Source of the DNA: an uncultured Granulosicoccaceae bacterium | GTDB lineage: Bacteria; Pseudomonadota; Gammaproteobacteria; Granulosicoccales; Granulosicoccaceae | DNA: 24,000 nt | NCBI GenBank assembly: GCA_937920585.1 | Contig: CAKZSB010000026.1 | Span: 22,984-46,983 of the forward strand | Reading direction: 5' to 3' | Shown: positions 1 to 8,597 of the stretch, in pieces | Layout of the letters: the number at the start of each line of letters is the position of its first letter | Numbering within the stretch: the first letter of the stretch is position 1 | Position numbers and translations under genes: made by a program | The notes under the pieces: generated by a model | What the model was told of the DNA's origin: nothing | The model's input: only the letters and a program-made list of their open reading frames with translations | Database searches by the model: none

Positions 1-687
1 GCCGGCATCAGCATGGAGACCGTTGACGCATTGATGGCAAAACCCATCGGCCTGCCGCCGACCGGCCTGTACGGTCTGATCGATCTTATCGGCCTGGATG
101 TAATGGATCTGGTAGCGAAGAACCTGGCAGCCAATTTACCTGCATCGGACCCGGGACTGGCATTTGCATCCCTGCCCGCCACCGAGGCCGCCATGCACGC
201 CAAGGGCCAGCTCGGCCGAAAAACCGGTGGCGGTTTTTACAAAATGACGCGCACCGACGATGGCGGAAAGTTCATGGAGACATTCGATCTTAAGCAAACC
301 GACTGGCGACCAATGGAGCCTGCAACACTTGCCGAAGCCCATCAGGCGATTGAAACCATGCTGTTTAGCGATGACGCCGAAGGTCGATTCGCATGGGATC
401 TGATGAGTGCCACGCTTAGCTATAGCAGTGCGCTGATACCCGAAATTTCCGATGATATCGTCAATGTCGATCGCGCCATGAAGTGGGGGTTTAATTGGGC
501 ACAGGGCCCGTTTGAATTGCTCGACAGCATTGGACCGGTTCAGTTCGCTGAGAAAGTGGCCGCCACCGGTGGCACGGTCGATGGCATGTTGAAAGTGTTA
601 ACTGACAATGGCCACAGCAGCTTCTATCGAAATAACGGCACGGAATTCCTGACCTTGGATGGGAACTATGCGAAGGTGGCGAGTTAA
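1..687 (+). CDS. 3-hydroxyacyl-CoA dehydrogenase family protein, C-terminal part (5' end outside window)
   Basis: Frame 1 is open from base 1 (AGIS precedes the Met at 13). The sequence carries C-terminal domain signatures of 3-hydroxyacyl-CoA dehydrogenases (GLIDLIGLDV..., GQLGRKTGGGFYK). TAA stop at 685-687 is followed by a strong terminator. Confidence 0.75.
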   Translation, partial: AGISMETVDALMAKPIGLPPTGLYGLIDLIGLDVMDLVAKNLAANLPASDPGLAFASLPATEAAMHAKGQLGRKTGGGFYKMTRTDDGGKFMETFDLKQTDWRPMEPATLAEAHQAIETMLFSDDAEGRFAWDLMSATLSYSSALIPEISDDIVNVDRAMKWGFNWAQGPFELLDSIGPVQFAEKVAATGGTVDGMLKVLTDNGHSSFYRNNGTEFLTLDGNYAKVAS

Positions 688-701
688 AAATCCGCTGATA
701 A

Positions 702-732
702 CAGGGCAGCAGAAAACGCTGCCCTGTTTTTT
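702..732. terminator. Rho-independent terminator between convergent genes
   Basis: Perfect 9-bp stem CAGGGCAGC (702-710) / GCTGCCCTG (718-726), 7-nt loop, then TTTTTT (727-732). It sits between the stop of the + strand dehydrogenase gene (687) and the stop of the - strand ClC gene (740). The T-run is canonical for the + strand only. Confidence 0.8.
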
Positions 733-739
733 AATTTCA

Positions 740-2440
740 CTAACCGGATTCTTCGGATCTGGCCTGGCGCAGTAAATTGTACAAACCGTTCAGCACATCG
801 CTGCGGTAAATTATGCCGGACAACTCCACCTTTCCTTCTATCGTTGTGGTGACCGGCGCGTAGTTACTATTGAGCTGATCAAGTGTTTCAAGTGCTGCAG
901 ATAATCGTGTGCTTGCGGGCACTGCGTGCTCTTTGCCATGCATGATGGAATCACATCGAGCCTCCCGCCCGGCTGTCGCCGCACCGGCAACGAGTACGTC
1001 AGTCGACAGGCTGCCGACAAAATTGCCTTGCGGATCGCAAACAATGGCAATGAAACATCGTTTGTCCACCATCAGGCGCTCCACGTCATGAATCGGTGAA
1101 TCGGCCTGTACCGATACATAGCTCTGCAGCACCAGCTCATCGATCGTACTGGTGCGCAACAGACTTTGGTCGCGACCAGTATTGATATTCAGCGAGCGGC
1201 TCGACAGTTGCCATCGAAAGAACGAACCATGCGGAAACAATTGCATCAGGGTGCTCGCCATCGCTGCGGCCAGCATGACCGCGATCACCAGGTCGTAGTC
1301 GAGTGTCAGTTCGAACACGATCAGCAGTGTGGAGATAGGTGCACCGAGCATGGCGGCCGCCACGGCTGCCATTCCCACGACGGAATAGACTCCCTGGCTG
1401 GAGAGTGCGTTGGGCATGACAACTTCCAGCAGAACCCAAAAAGAACCGCCCAGCATGGCGCCAATAAACAGTGACGGACTAAACACCCCGCCCGCCATTC
1501 CGCTGCTCAGCGCGAGGGCGCTACACGCCCACTTTAGCAGCAACAGAACAAACAATAGTTTGACGGGCAATTCCTGGCTCAATGCCTGCGAGGTTCCCTC
1601 GTAGCCAACCCCCAGTATCAACGGGTACTGAAATGCAGCAAGGCCGATAACCAATCCTGCCAGCGCCGGTCGCACCAGTACCGGCAGGTTTGAGTACTCC
1701 CAGAATTGTCGCAGCATGATAACCAGGTAAATGAACGCCTGCACAAAAGCCGCTGCCACAAGCCCCAGCAACGCGAATAGTGGCATTTCCCAAAGTGATC
1801 CAATGGCATAGTCGGGCAATGCAAATTCCGGCGAATTGCCATACATGTTATGGCGTACGATCACCGCCCCCATTGCCGCGATGACAACCGGTGCAAACAC
1901 CCGCAGCGCATAGTAGCCAACGATCACTTCCAGCGCGAAGATCACCCCTGCTATCGGTGTGTTGAATGATGCAGTAACCGCAGCGGCTGCGGCACACCCC
2001 AGTAGTGTCAACGACTGGGTTCGATCGAGCCGCATTACCTCCGCCACCCATGAAGTCAGCGATGCACCAATGTGAACAGCCGGCCCCTCACGCCCCAGCG
2101 GCGCACCGGAGCCAAGAGAAATTCCAGTGGCAAGTGCCGCAACGAACCCCGAACGGACGTCCATCTTCCCCGCACGCAGCGCACTGGCTTCCATTACATC
2201 GGCAATACCATGTATCCGGTTACCTGGCAGGAAGTGCAGCAGCGCGCCAACCATTACACCACCCACTACAGGCGCCAGAATCAGGTACCGCCAATGACCA
2301 AACTCAGCGCTATCGAACAGTACTACGCGCTCGATCATCAGAATGAATTCTATTAATACAACCGTGCTGAATCCAACCACAACACCGATCGCGAGTGCGA
2401 GGAGAAAAAAACCGATGCGTTGTTGAAAAAAGTGACGCAT
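740..2440 (-). CDS. ClC-family voltage-gated chloride channel with C-terminal CBS pair
   Basis: ClC selectivity-filter motifs GSGAPLGREGPAVHIG and GGVFSPSLFIGA, about 10 hydrophobic helices, and a C-terminal tandem CBS-like region. I place the start at the ATG at 2438-2440 (MRHFFQQRIGFFLLALA...). The 46 codons upstream in the track ORF (Cys/Arg-rich, to 2578) look non-coding. Confidence 0.85.
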   Translation of the reverse strand: MRHFFQQRIGFFLLALAIGVVVGFSTVVLIEFILMIERVVLFDSAEFGHWRYLILAPVVGGVMVGALLHFLPGNRIHGIADVMEASALRAGKMDVRSGFVAALATGISLGSGAPLGREGPAVHIGASLTSWVAEVMRLDRTQSLTLLGCAAAAAVTASFNTPIAGVIFALEVIVGYYALRVFAPVVIAAMGAVIVRHNMYGNSPEFALPDYAIGSLWEMPLFALLGLVAAAFVQAFIYLVIMLRQFWEYSNLPVLVRPALAGLVIGLAAFQYPLILGVGYEGTSQALSQELPVKLLFVLLLLKWACSALALSSGMAGGVFSPSLFIGAMLGGSFWVLLEVVMPNALSSQGVYSVVGMAAVAAAMLGAPISTLLIVFELTLDYDLVIAVMLAAAMASTLMQLFPHGSFFRWQLSSRSLNINTGRDQSLLRTSTIDELVLQSYVSVQADSPIHDVERLMVDKRCFIAIVCDPQGNFVGSLSTDVLVAGAATAGREARCDSIMHGKEHAVPASTRLSAALETLDQLNSNYAPVTTTIEGKVELSGIIYRSDVLNGLYNLLRQARSEESG

Positions 2441-2597
2441 GATTAATAGTGACAGATGACCATCAGGTGTTCGTGTGTAGACAGTGTTTCGAATGCAATT
2501 GGCTGGCCGAAAGAAAACCCGCTGAAATTCTGACACCCGACAGCGGCAATACGCGCGCCGAATGCAGCCAGGCTGCACTCATGCGCGCTGGATTGAG

Positions 2598-3014
2598 CTA
2601 ACGCTGCTTCAATAAGTCTCTTATTTCCGACAGTAGCTCGACCTCACGTCTGGGCTTGTCGTCGTCAGCCTCGCCGGAGCGCATTCGATTCACCAGTTTT
2701 ATCACGACAAATATGGCGAGTGACACTATCAGGAAGCTGATAAGGGTGTTGCCAAAACTACCCAGATTCAGCGTAACCGCGCCAGCTGACTTTGCTGCAG
2801 CCAATGACGCATAGGGTGCCGCCTGCGCGCCCTCTTTGAGGACGATAAACACATTACTGAAATCGACGCCGCCCAGTAGTAATCCGACCGGCGGCATAAT
2901 GATGTCTTCAACCAGGCTACTGACGACAGTGCCTACTGCCGCACCAATAACGATTCCAACGGCCATATCGACGACATTACCGCCGAGTACGAACTTTTTG
3001 AACTCTTCGAACAT
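2598..3014 (-). CDS. mscL: Large-conductance mechanosensitive channel MscL
   Basis: 138 aa. The N-terminus MFEEFKKFVLGGNVVDMAVGIVIGAAVG...IIMPPVG and the charged C-terminal helix are typical of MscL. ATG start at 3012-3014. Confidence 0.95.
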   Translation of the reverse strand: MFEEFKKFVLGGNVVDMAVGIVIGAAVGTVVSSLVEDIIMPPVGLLLGGVDFSNVFIVLKEGAQAAPYASLAAAKSAGAVTLNLGSFGNTLISFLIVSLAIFVVIKLVNRMRSGEADDDKPRREVELLSEIRDLLKQR

Positions 3015-3025
3015 GGAGCTTCACC

Positions 3026-3044
3026 TGCAATTGAGGAAATTGCA
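3026..3044 (-). promoter_or_regulatory. 7-bp perfect inverted repeat 12 nt upstream of the mscL start
   Basis: TGCAATT (3026-3032) GAGGA AATTGCA (3038-3044). On the mRNA strand it reads TGCAATT-TCCTC-AATTGCA, immediately 5' of the AGGTGA Shine-Dalgarno-like sequence. Function unknown (operator or leader hairpin). Confidence 0.3.
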
Positions 3045-3150
3045 TGATAGCAAACCCGACGTAACAAACAGGAATACCAGAGCCGCTCACGCCTGCCTGA
3101 GTTGCAGGGTATCCCCCTGACATTGCGCCAGGAGGATAGGCTGTGCGTTG

Positions 3151-3501
3151 TTAGCTGCCCGCTGCAGCCGGTTGCACAGGCTTTTTCTCGCCAGCGGCGG
3201 GCGACGCTTTCGCAGTGGTCGCTGACGGCTTCGAAGTCAACGAAATCAGGGCGCGATTGCGATCGAGAATTTTGTTGCCAATTCCCTTGACCTTGGTGAG
3301 GTCGTCGATACTGGTGAAGTTGCCATTGGCCTTGCGATACTCAACGATCGCAACAGCCTTTGACTGACCAATACCAGAGAGATTCTCGGCAATGGCAGCC
3401 GCATCGGCTTTGTTGATGTTGATCAACTCGCCGGCGCTGGCAAAAGGGGAAAGTAAAACGAGGAAGGAAGCAACAAGAATACTACGTACTAAATGGAACA
3501 T
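3151..3501 (-). CDS. comEA: ComEA-like periplasmic helix-hairpin-helix DNA-binding protein
   Basis: Signal peptide MFHLVRSILVASFLVLLSPFASA, then the ComEA core ININKADAAAIAENLSGIGQSKAVAIVEYRKANGNFTSIDDLTKVKGIGNKILD (two HhH motifs). ATG start. Confidence 0.8.
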   Translation of the reverse strand: MFHLVRSILVASFLVLLSPFASAGELININKADAAAIAENLSGIGQSKAVAIVEYRKANGNFTSIDDLTKVKGIGNKILDRNRALISLTSKPSATTAKASPAAGEKKPVQPAAAGS

Positions 3502-3686
3502 CTAATTTCTCCAACTACTAAATTACACCTGGCAGAATGACTCAGGCAGCTTCAGGCTAGCATGCAGTTCTCTCTGTTTTAATGATGGATATCACATTTG
3601 CACGGCAAAGTGACGAACTGTCGCTCTGCAATCCAGTGCCTGCGTCTATAACAACGTGTTCGGCAACCACTGTGCCGCACAGATGT

Positions 3687-6302
3687 TTATGCGGTCAGGC
3701 TGACGGAATCGATTTCCATTACCGGCAGACGAATTTCTATCGTGGTGCCTGTGCCCTCCACACTGCTGGCGGTAACCTTGCCACCGTGTTGATTGACTAC
3801 TTTCGCCACCAGTGCCAGGCCAAGACCCGTTCCGGCATACTGCTTCTGCGCCTGTGGATCTCTGTGAAAACGCTCAAACAGCATACCTATTCTGGCCGCC
3901 GGAATGCCTATCCCCTGATCCGAGACTCGGGTGACAACTTCATCTCCTCCCTCAAGCCGGGATGAGATTGACACCTGTGACTCTGGCCCCGAATATTTAA
4001 TGGCATTGCCTACCACGTTTATAAACGCACGCTCGAGCAAACTGGCATCGGCAGAGATCCAGATTTCATCCTCGACATTTTCAAGCTTCAGAGAAATATT
4101 CTTTTGTCGCGCCTGTGGCAGCAGTTGATCAACTGTGTTCTCAACAATATTTTCGAAAAACACTGGCTGTAACTGGTCGGCTTTCAGATGTTCTGCACGA
4201 GTGACACCCAACAGATCATCAATCATTTTCAGGGTTTTGTTGATATTCCTTTCCACTTGCCCCAACGCGGCAATGGAGTCATCACTGGACTCCTCTCTGG
4301 CCTGATTAACCAGATAAAGAGATGAGATGAGTGGTGAACGCAGATCGTGAGACAGATATTCAATCAACTCTCCGCGCAATCGTTCAGCACGACGAATTTC
4401 GCTCAGATCGACAACGCTGGCTACCACCAGACGATCAGACAATTCAGCGCCGAGAACGCTGAAATCCGCTACGAGCTCTCTTGAACCCATAACCGTGTTG
4501 ATTTGCCAGCTCTCGCCATCCAGCATTAACGCTTCAAACTGCCGTCGATCTATTTGATCCGGGTCCTTTTCCAGCATGAGCAGAAAATCACGCAGAGATT
4601 TGTTCACCAGGCTTTCCGCTTCGAACATACTACTGGCCATTTCATTGACTCGCATCATCTCACCCACAGCATTCCATACGAGCAGACCAGCCGGACTACC
4701 GTTAAAAATGTTGTCGTCCAACACCTTCAACTGCATGATGCGCTGGTTTTGCTTGCTCAGTCGGTCGGCATCATTCTGCAAATTCTCAATCGTACCGCCC
4801 TCCACCGGCACATCGACCATGCGCTGCACACGCGAAGCGTTATCAACGAAACGACCGAACTGCTCATTCAACGTTGACTGCCCAAAATCGAAACCGACCA
4901 CCAGCTGGGTTTTGCCATCAAAACGCTTTGATCTGAAACCATCCTTTAGTGTCCAGTCGGCACTGGTGATCCGGTCGAGTTCCAACCCGTCGACATCGCC
5001 CTCAGCGAGGTGATCGTCTACCTGCAGAAACCAGCGCTTTAATCCAAGATGGCTGACCGCGCTTTGAAAAAGGTTGCTGACCGGCAGCTGCCCCGTTAAA
5101 CCAATGTCATCATCATAGATGGCGAGCTTGTTCGTCTCGGAACGCAGAAAGCGACCGGCAAATTCAAGCCGATGCCAACTCCATAGCGGAAACGCCATCA
5201 ACACCGGGACTACCGCCAGCAGTGGTGCAAACCAGATTCGGCCAATCTCGTAAACCAGATAGCTGATGAGGATCGGTGTTAGTGCAAACGCGATAGTGCA
5301 GAACAGGCCCCAGCGCGGCCTGAGGCGCGCGTAGATAAACAGCAACAGCGTGATTGACAGGAACACCAGCACATAGGCGGGCCAACTGCCGATCCGCTCG
5401 ACCATATCGCCGCTGCGCAGCGCACTGTAGATATTGGCGTGCACTTCCACACCGGGGATCGGTTGATCGATACCGAGAATGGGCGTGGGCACTACGTCTG
5501 CCAAACCGCTTGCAGTCAAACCAAAAAAAACAACGTTATTGTTGAAGACTGTTGAATCAAAATCGTTGTTAAGTACATCGAGTGCCGGCACAACGCTAAA
5601 GGTATTCTTCGGACCGTGGAACGGTATTAAAACTTCCTTGTCACCTCGCCACTGCAGCGTGGGACCGATGTCGTTAACGACGTCACCTGGTAACGGATCG
5701 GGTGCGGTGCCCAGTACTTCCATTGCCGCCAGCGGCAAAATAGACCAGTGAGGGTGCTTGAATCCCCCCTTGAGATGAGCTCGACGGACAATACCATCGC
5801 TGTCGATCGGTAAAAACACATGACCGAGTTCACGCGCAGTTGAAGAAAAAGCGGAGATCGGCAGGCGTTCTGCCAGGTTGGGATCGGATCCGCGTCCCTC
5901 CGTAATAACAGGAAGCACCACTCGCCCGGAGGATTTAAGCGCCTCGGCAAAAGCGGTGTCCGCATCAGGATTCTGGCGATCGTGCTCCGAATACAATATA
6001 TCGGTGATGATGACTTTGGCACCAGCTTCGCTGATATTGTCGATAATCTTCGCCTGATCAATCCGGGTCCACGGCCAACGGCCGTGGGCGGCGACACTTT
6101 GGGAATCGATACCAACGATTACCAGATCATCGGAAGGCTGCGACTGACCGAGCCTGACCCAGGCATCGTAAATCAGGCTGTCTACCTTCTGTGTTACCTG
6201 CGCCTGATCCATCAACAACGTTACTGCAGCAAAAAACAGACAGAATCCAAGTAAAGTCTTGTAATTTAATCTCCGCTGCCTGGATTGTTCGGACTTTACC
6301 AA
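3687..6302 (-). CDS. CHASE2-domain sensor histidine kinase
   Basis: N-terminal TM helix, then a CHASE2-like periplasmic region (LVIVGIDSQSVAAHGRWPWTRIDQAKII...VITDILY). About 3 TM helices at aa 300-380, then a cytoplasmic linker and PAS-like region. H-box EYLSHDLRSPL, N-box NVVGNAIKYS, G-boxes DQGIGI and GTGLGLALV. No receiver domain. The start is TTG (6300-6302); the next start candidates lie after the N-terminal TM helix. Confidence 0.85.
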   Translation of the reverse strand: MVKSEQSRQRRLNYKTLLGFCLFFAAVTLLMDQAQVTQKVDSLIYDAWVRLGQSQPSDDLVIVGIDSQSVAAHGRWPWTRIDQAKIIDNISEAGAKVIITDILYSEHDRQNPDADTAFAEALKSSGRVVLPVITEGRGSDPNLAERLPISAFSSTARELGHVFLPIDSDGIVRRAHLKGGFKHPHWSILPLAAMEVLGTAPDPLPGDVVNDIGPTLQWRGDKEVLIPFHGPKNTFSVVPALDVLNNDFDSTVFNNNVVFFGLTASGLADVVPTPILGIDQPIPGVEVHANIYSALRSGDMVERIGSWPAYVLVFLSITLLLFIYARLRPRWGLFCTIAFALTPILISYLVYEIGRIWFAPLLAVVPVLMAFPLWSWHRLEFAGRFLRSETNKLAIYDDDIGLTGQLPVSNLFQSAVSHLGLKRWFLQVDDHLAEGDVDGLELDRITSADWTLKDGFRSKRFDGKTQLVVGFDFGQSTLNEQFGRFVDNASRVQRMVDVPVEGGTIENLQNDADRLSKQNQRIMQLKVLDDNIFNGSPAGLLVWNAVGEMMRVNEMASSMFEAESLVNKSLRDFLLMLEKDPDQIDRRQFEALMLDGESWQINTVMGSRELVADFSVLGAELSDRLVVASVVDLSEIRRAERLRGELIEYLSHDLRSPLISSLYLVNQAREESSDDSIAALGQVERNINKTLKMIDDLLGVTRAEHLKADQLQPVFFENIVENTVDQLLPQARQKNISLKLENVEDEIWISADASLLERAFINVVGNAIKYSGPESQVSISSRLEGGDEVVTRVSDQGIGIPAARIGMLFERFHRDPQAQKQYAGTGLGLALVAKVVNQHGGKVTASSVEGTGTTIEIRLPVMEIDSVSLTA

Positions 6303-6315
6303 GAGTACATACCGC

Positions 6316-7665
6316 CTAGCGATCCCTGCTCGCTGCTATCAACACGACCGGTGTGTACCGGGAGACCAGGGTTTCATCGACAAGTTGCCGGTAACGCAGG
6401 TAGATATCGCGACTGTTATCTACCGGTATGTTAAACGCCTCGCCATTACCCAGGTCATAGCTTCGGTAATCCGCAAGCACAATCTGGCCCTCATGCGTTT
6501 CTATCCGGTCAGATATTTGAATTTCGAATTGCTGCCGAGGGTCGATTCGACGTTTTTCAACCCGCAGCATATCCAGGCTCAAGCCAATTGATAAATCCAG
6601 CGGCGACAATTCGGGCGCAAGATCCACTGCAACCACTCGTTGCGTCGCCGGGTAGCCACGCAAACCATTTTCATCCACACCGCGGACACCCACCGTATAA
6701 TCCCCGGCAGGAAATTCTATTGCGCTGTAGTTAAGAGAACTGCTTGTCCTTGCCAACGGTTCACCGCCACTGCCGAAGCTGAGTTCGTAACTTGCCGCGC
6801 CCGGCAATTCCAGCCACTCAATCCTGTCTTCCGGGCTGACCCGCATGTAATGAGGCAGATTGGTTATGACGGGTGGCTGAAGTAAATCGTACAGGCGGCT
6901 GACCGATTGCCCCTCACCACCTACTACACCCTTCCCACCGGGTACTGATTTTTCTGCTTCGCTACTGGAAATCAGCACCTCACCTTCCGCAACGCCGAGC
7001 GTGTTGCCAACGATGCCGTCGGTCTTCGATACGGTAAAATCAAACACCGTTCCTCGAACCACTGCAGACGCATAGGGTGTTTTTATCGTGAAGTTGGTTG
7101 GTCTTTCAAACCCGTTGCTATTAACCTTGACGGTCGCATCACCTTGCTCCGACCACAGTGTGATTTGACAGCTGCCTGCCGTGTCAGCACACTCGATCTC
7201 ATCGATTCTGAAATCACTTTGCGGTTGAATATTGACTACCGACTCACTGGTGAAACTCAGACTAATGAAACCGTCTTCCGTTTTCACGCTTTCACCAATG
7301 TAGACGCGCTGACCACGCTCAAGTGGTTTACCCGCCTGCCCGCCAATCTCAAAGTAGGTGGCCTGGCCACTGAAGTAGTCGACCACTGCATAACCTCGAT
7401 GCCTCAATAACGCACCTGGCACAGTAATCACCTGCCCGGGACTCAGGGCATGCGGATCAACCATATCGTTGTAGCGAGCAACTTCCTGCCACTTGTCTGT
7501 CGCGCCTGAGACACGTTCGACTATATCGATAAGGTTGTCGCCCGGCTTCACCGTGATTTTCAAATCCGGTGCTATTTCTTCTGCAAGAAGTACTGACGTG
7601 CCGATCAGCGTTATTGCTAACGCTGTAGCCGCACGCCTGAACAGCTTCGGCTTGTCGATGCCCAT
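6316..7665 (-). CDS. Secreted LysM + FecR-domain protein with additional beta-rich C-terminal region
   Basis: Signal/anchor sequence AATALAITLIGTSVLLA. LysM-like segment ITVKPGDNLIDIVERVSG...ARYNDMVDPHALSPGQVITVP. FecR-like segment GQATYFEIGGQAGKPLERGQRVYIGESVKTEDGFISLSFTSESVVNIQPQSDFRIDE. Possible FN3/Ig-like segment PGAASYELSF...GDYTVGVRGVDENGLRG. Strong SD (AAGGGGGGTGAT) before the ATG at 7663-7665. Only 13 nt separate it from the kinase gene. Confidence 0.75.
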   Translation of the reverse strand: MGIDKPKLFRRAATALAITLIGTSVLLAEEIAPDLKITVKPGDNLIDIVERVSGATDKWQEVARYNDMVDPHALSPGQVITVPGALLRHRGYAVVDYFSGQATYFEIGGQAGKPLERGQRVYIGESVKTEDGFISLSFTSESVVNIQPQSDFRIDEIECADTAGSCQITLWSEQGDATVKVNSNGFERPTNFTIKTPYASAVVRGTVFDFTVSKTDGIVGNTLGVAEGEVLISSSEAEKSVPGGKGVVGGEGQSVSRLYDLLQPPVITNLPHYMRVSPEDRIEWLELPGAASYELSFGSGGEPLARTSSSLNYSAIEFPAGDYTVGVRGVDENGLRGYPATQRVVAVDLAPELSPLDLSIGLSLDMLRVEKRRIDPRQQFEIQISDRIETHEGQIVLADYRSYDLGNGEAFNIPVDNSRDIYLRYRQLVDETLVSRYTPVVLIAASRDR

Positions 7666-7747
7666 ATCACCCCCCTTTCCGGAGTATTCCGCGTTTATCT
7701 TCTGTTTGTAATAGCGGAAGGCGCAGAGAAAGCTTGGATTATGACTG

Positions 7748-7793
7748 ATCTGGCGTGCGCCAGATGTTAAGCATTGTGCCCTGGACCGGCACA
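7748..7793 (-). promoter_or_regulatory. Two adjacent hairpins/palindromes between the response-regulator gene and the LysM-FecR gene
   Basis: ATCTGGCG-TG-CGCCAGAT (7748-7765, 8+8 perfect) and TGTGCC-CTGGACC-GGCACA (7775-7793, 6-bp stem). Neither is followed by a U-run on the coding (minus) strand, so these are not canonical terminators. Could be an operator, an attenuator or a processing site. Confidence 0.35.
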
Positions 7794-7818
7794 GTGCACG
7801 AATTCACCTGATCAGACT

Positions 7819-8523
7819 TCAGCTCCCGGTGTATTCCTCCAGCCGATAGCCGTGCTGATAAATCGATGTCAGCTTCCATTTCTCGGTTGCGGAGAGATTG
7901 AGTTTCTTGCGCAAACGACTTGCGTGGGTGTCGACCGTACGCGTATTGAGTTCAGCGGAAGTACCCCAGACCGAAGTGAGCAGATGTTGCCGGGACAGGA
8001 CTCGCCCGCGATTTCGGAACAGGAACAGTGCGAGATCATATTCTTTCTCGGTCAATCGCACTTGTTCGCCGGATACGCTGATCAGCCTGTTGCTCGTATC
8101 GAAGACATACGGGGCATATTCCAGTATTTCTGTTTCAGGCTGCGCACGCCTTGCCATGGCTCCAATTCGCGCCAGTAACTCATGCTGGCGCACCGGTTTG
8201 ACGAGGTAATCGTCAGCCCCGGCCTCCAGTGCCGCGACGATATCTGCCTCTGCCTGGCGTGCAGTGATGAAAATCACCGGCACATCGCTGACCAGGCTCT
8301 GACGCAGCCATCGGAGGATTTCAACGCCAGTTGCGTCTGGCAGATTCCAGTCCAGCGTAACGATGTCGTAACTGGTTTTGCGGAAAGCCCGCTGGAAATG
8401 ATCCGGTTCATGGAATACCTCACACTGATGTCCACGTTCAGTTACCCATCCGCTCACGCGATTCGCCTGATCGACATCGTCCTCAAGCATCCCTACCCGC
8501 AACACCTGTGTATCTACCGACAT
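7819..8523 (-). CDS. OmpR/PhoB-family response regulator (receiver + winged-helix DNA-binding domain)
   Basis: Receiver motifs LEDD, phospho-acceptor context IVTLDWNLPD, and YLVKPV. The C-terminal wHTH is LTEKEYDLALFLFRNRGRVLSRQHLLTSVWG...RTVDTHASRLRKKL...GYRL. ATG start at 8521-8523 with a GGGAGG SD. Confidence 0.9.
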   Translation of the reverse strand: MSVDTQVLRVGMLEDDVDQANRVSGWVTERGHQCEVFHEPDHFQRAFRKTSYDIVTLDWNLPDATGVEILRWLRQSLVSDVPVIFITARQAEADIVAALEAGADDYLVKPVRQHELLARIGAMARRAQPETEILEYAPYVFDTSNRLISVSGEQVRLTEKEYDLALFLFRNRGRVLSRQHLLTSVWGTSAELNTRTVDTHASRLRKKLNLSATEKWKLTSIYQHGYRLEEYTGS

Positions 8524-8597
8524 GTTACAACCTCCCGTTCTTCGATAACCAGTTCAACCATTGCGACCCATGCCCTTCAAGTCGAAGAGCCGAAATA

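Noticed and set aside
2441-2578. N-terminal 46-codon extension of the ClC ORF, and a possible fluoride riboswitch upstream of a ClC gene
   Set aside because: The extension is Cys/Arg-rich and precedes a good ATG next to the first TM helix. I looked for the crcB/fluoride riboswitch core (GGCGAUG...CUGAUG..CUCUAC) on the minus strand. I found only a CCUGAUGGUCAUC fragment without the 5' pairing partner. The channel has canonical chloride-type GREGP/GxFxP motifs plus CBS domains, so it is not a ClC-F.
3687-5000. Apparently lower GC content in the 3' half of the kinase gene as a sign of horizontal acquisition
   Set aside because: Hand counts of a few 60-nt lines gave roughly mid-40s percent here against roughly 55-67 percent in amtB. 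Sampling was sparse, other parts of the same gene are around 52-55 percent, and no mobility genes or repeats flank the module. This is not enough to claim an island.
5523-5530. A8/T8 homopolymer inside the kinase gene (also A8 at 15421-15428 in ycgL) as possible phase-variation tracts
   Set aside because: The tracts are short and encode ordinary Phe-Phe or Lys-Lys codons. Both genes are intact and in frame. There is no evidence for slippage from a single sequence.
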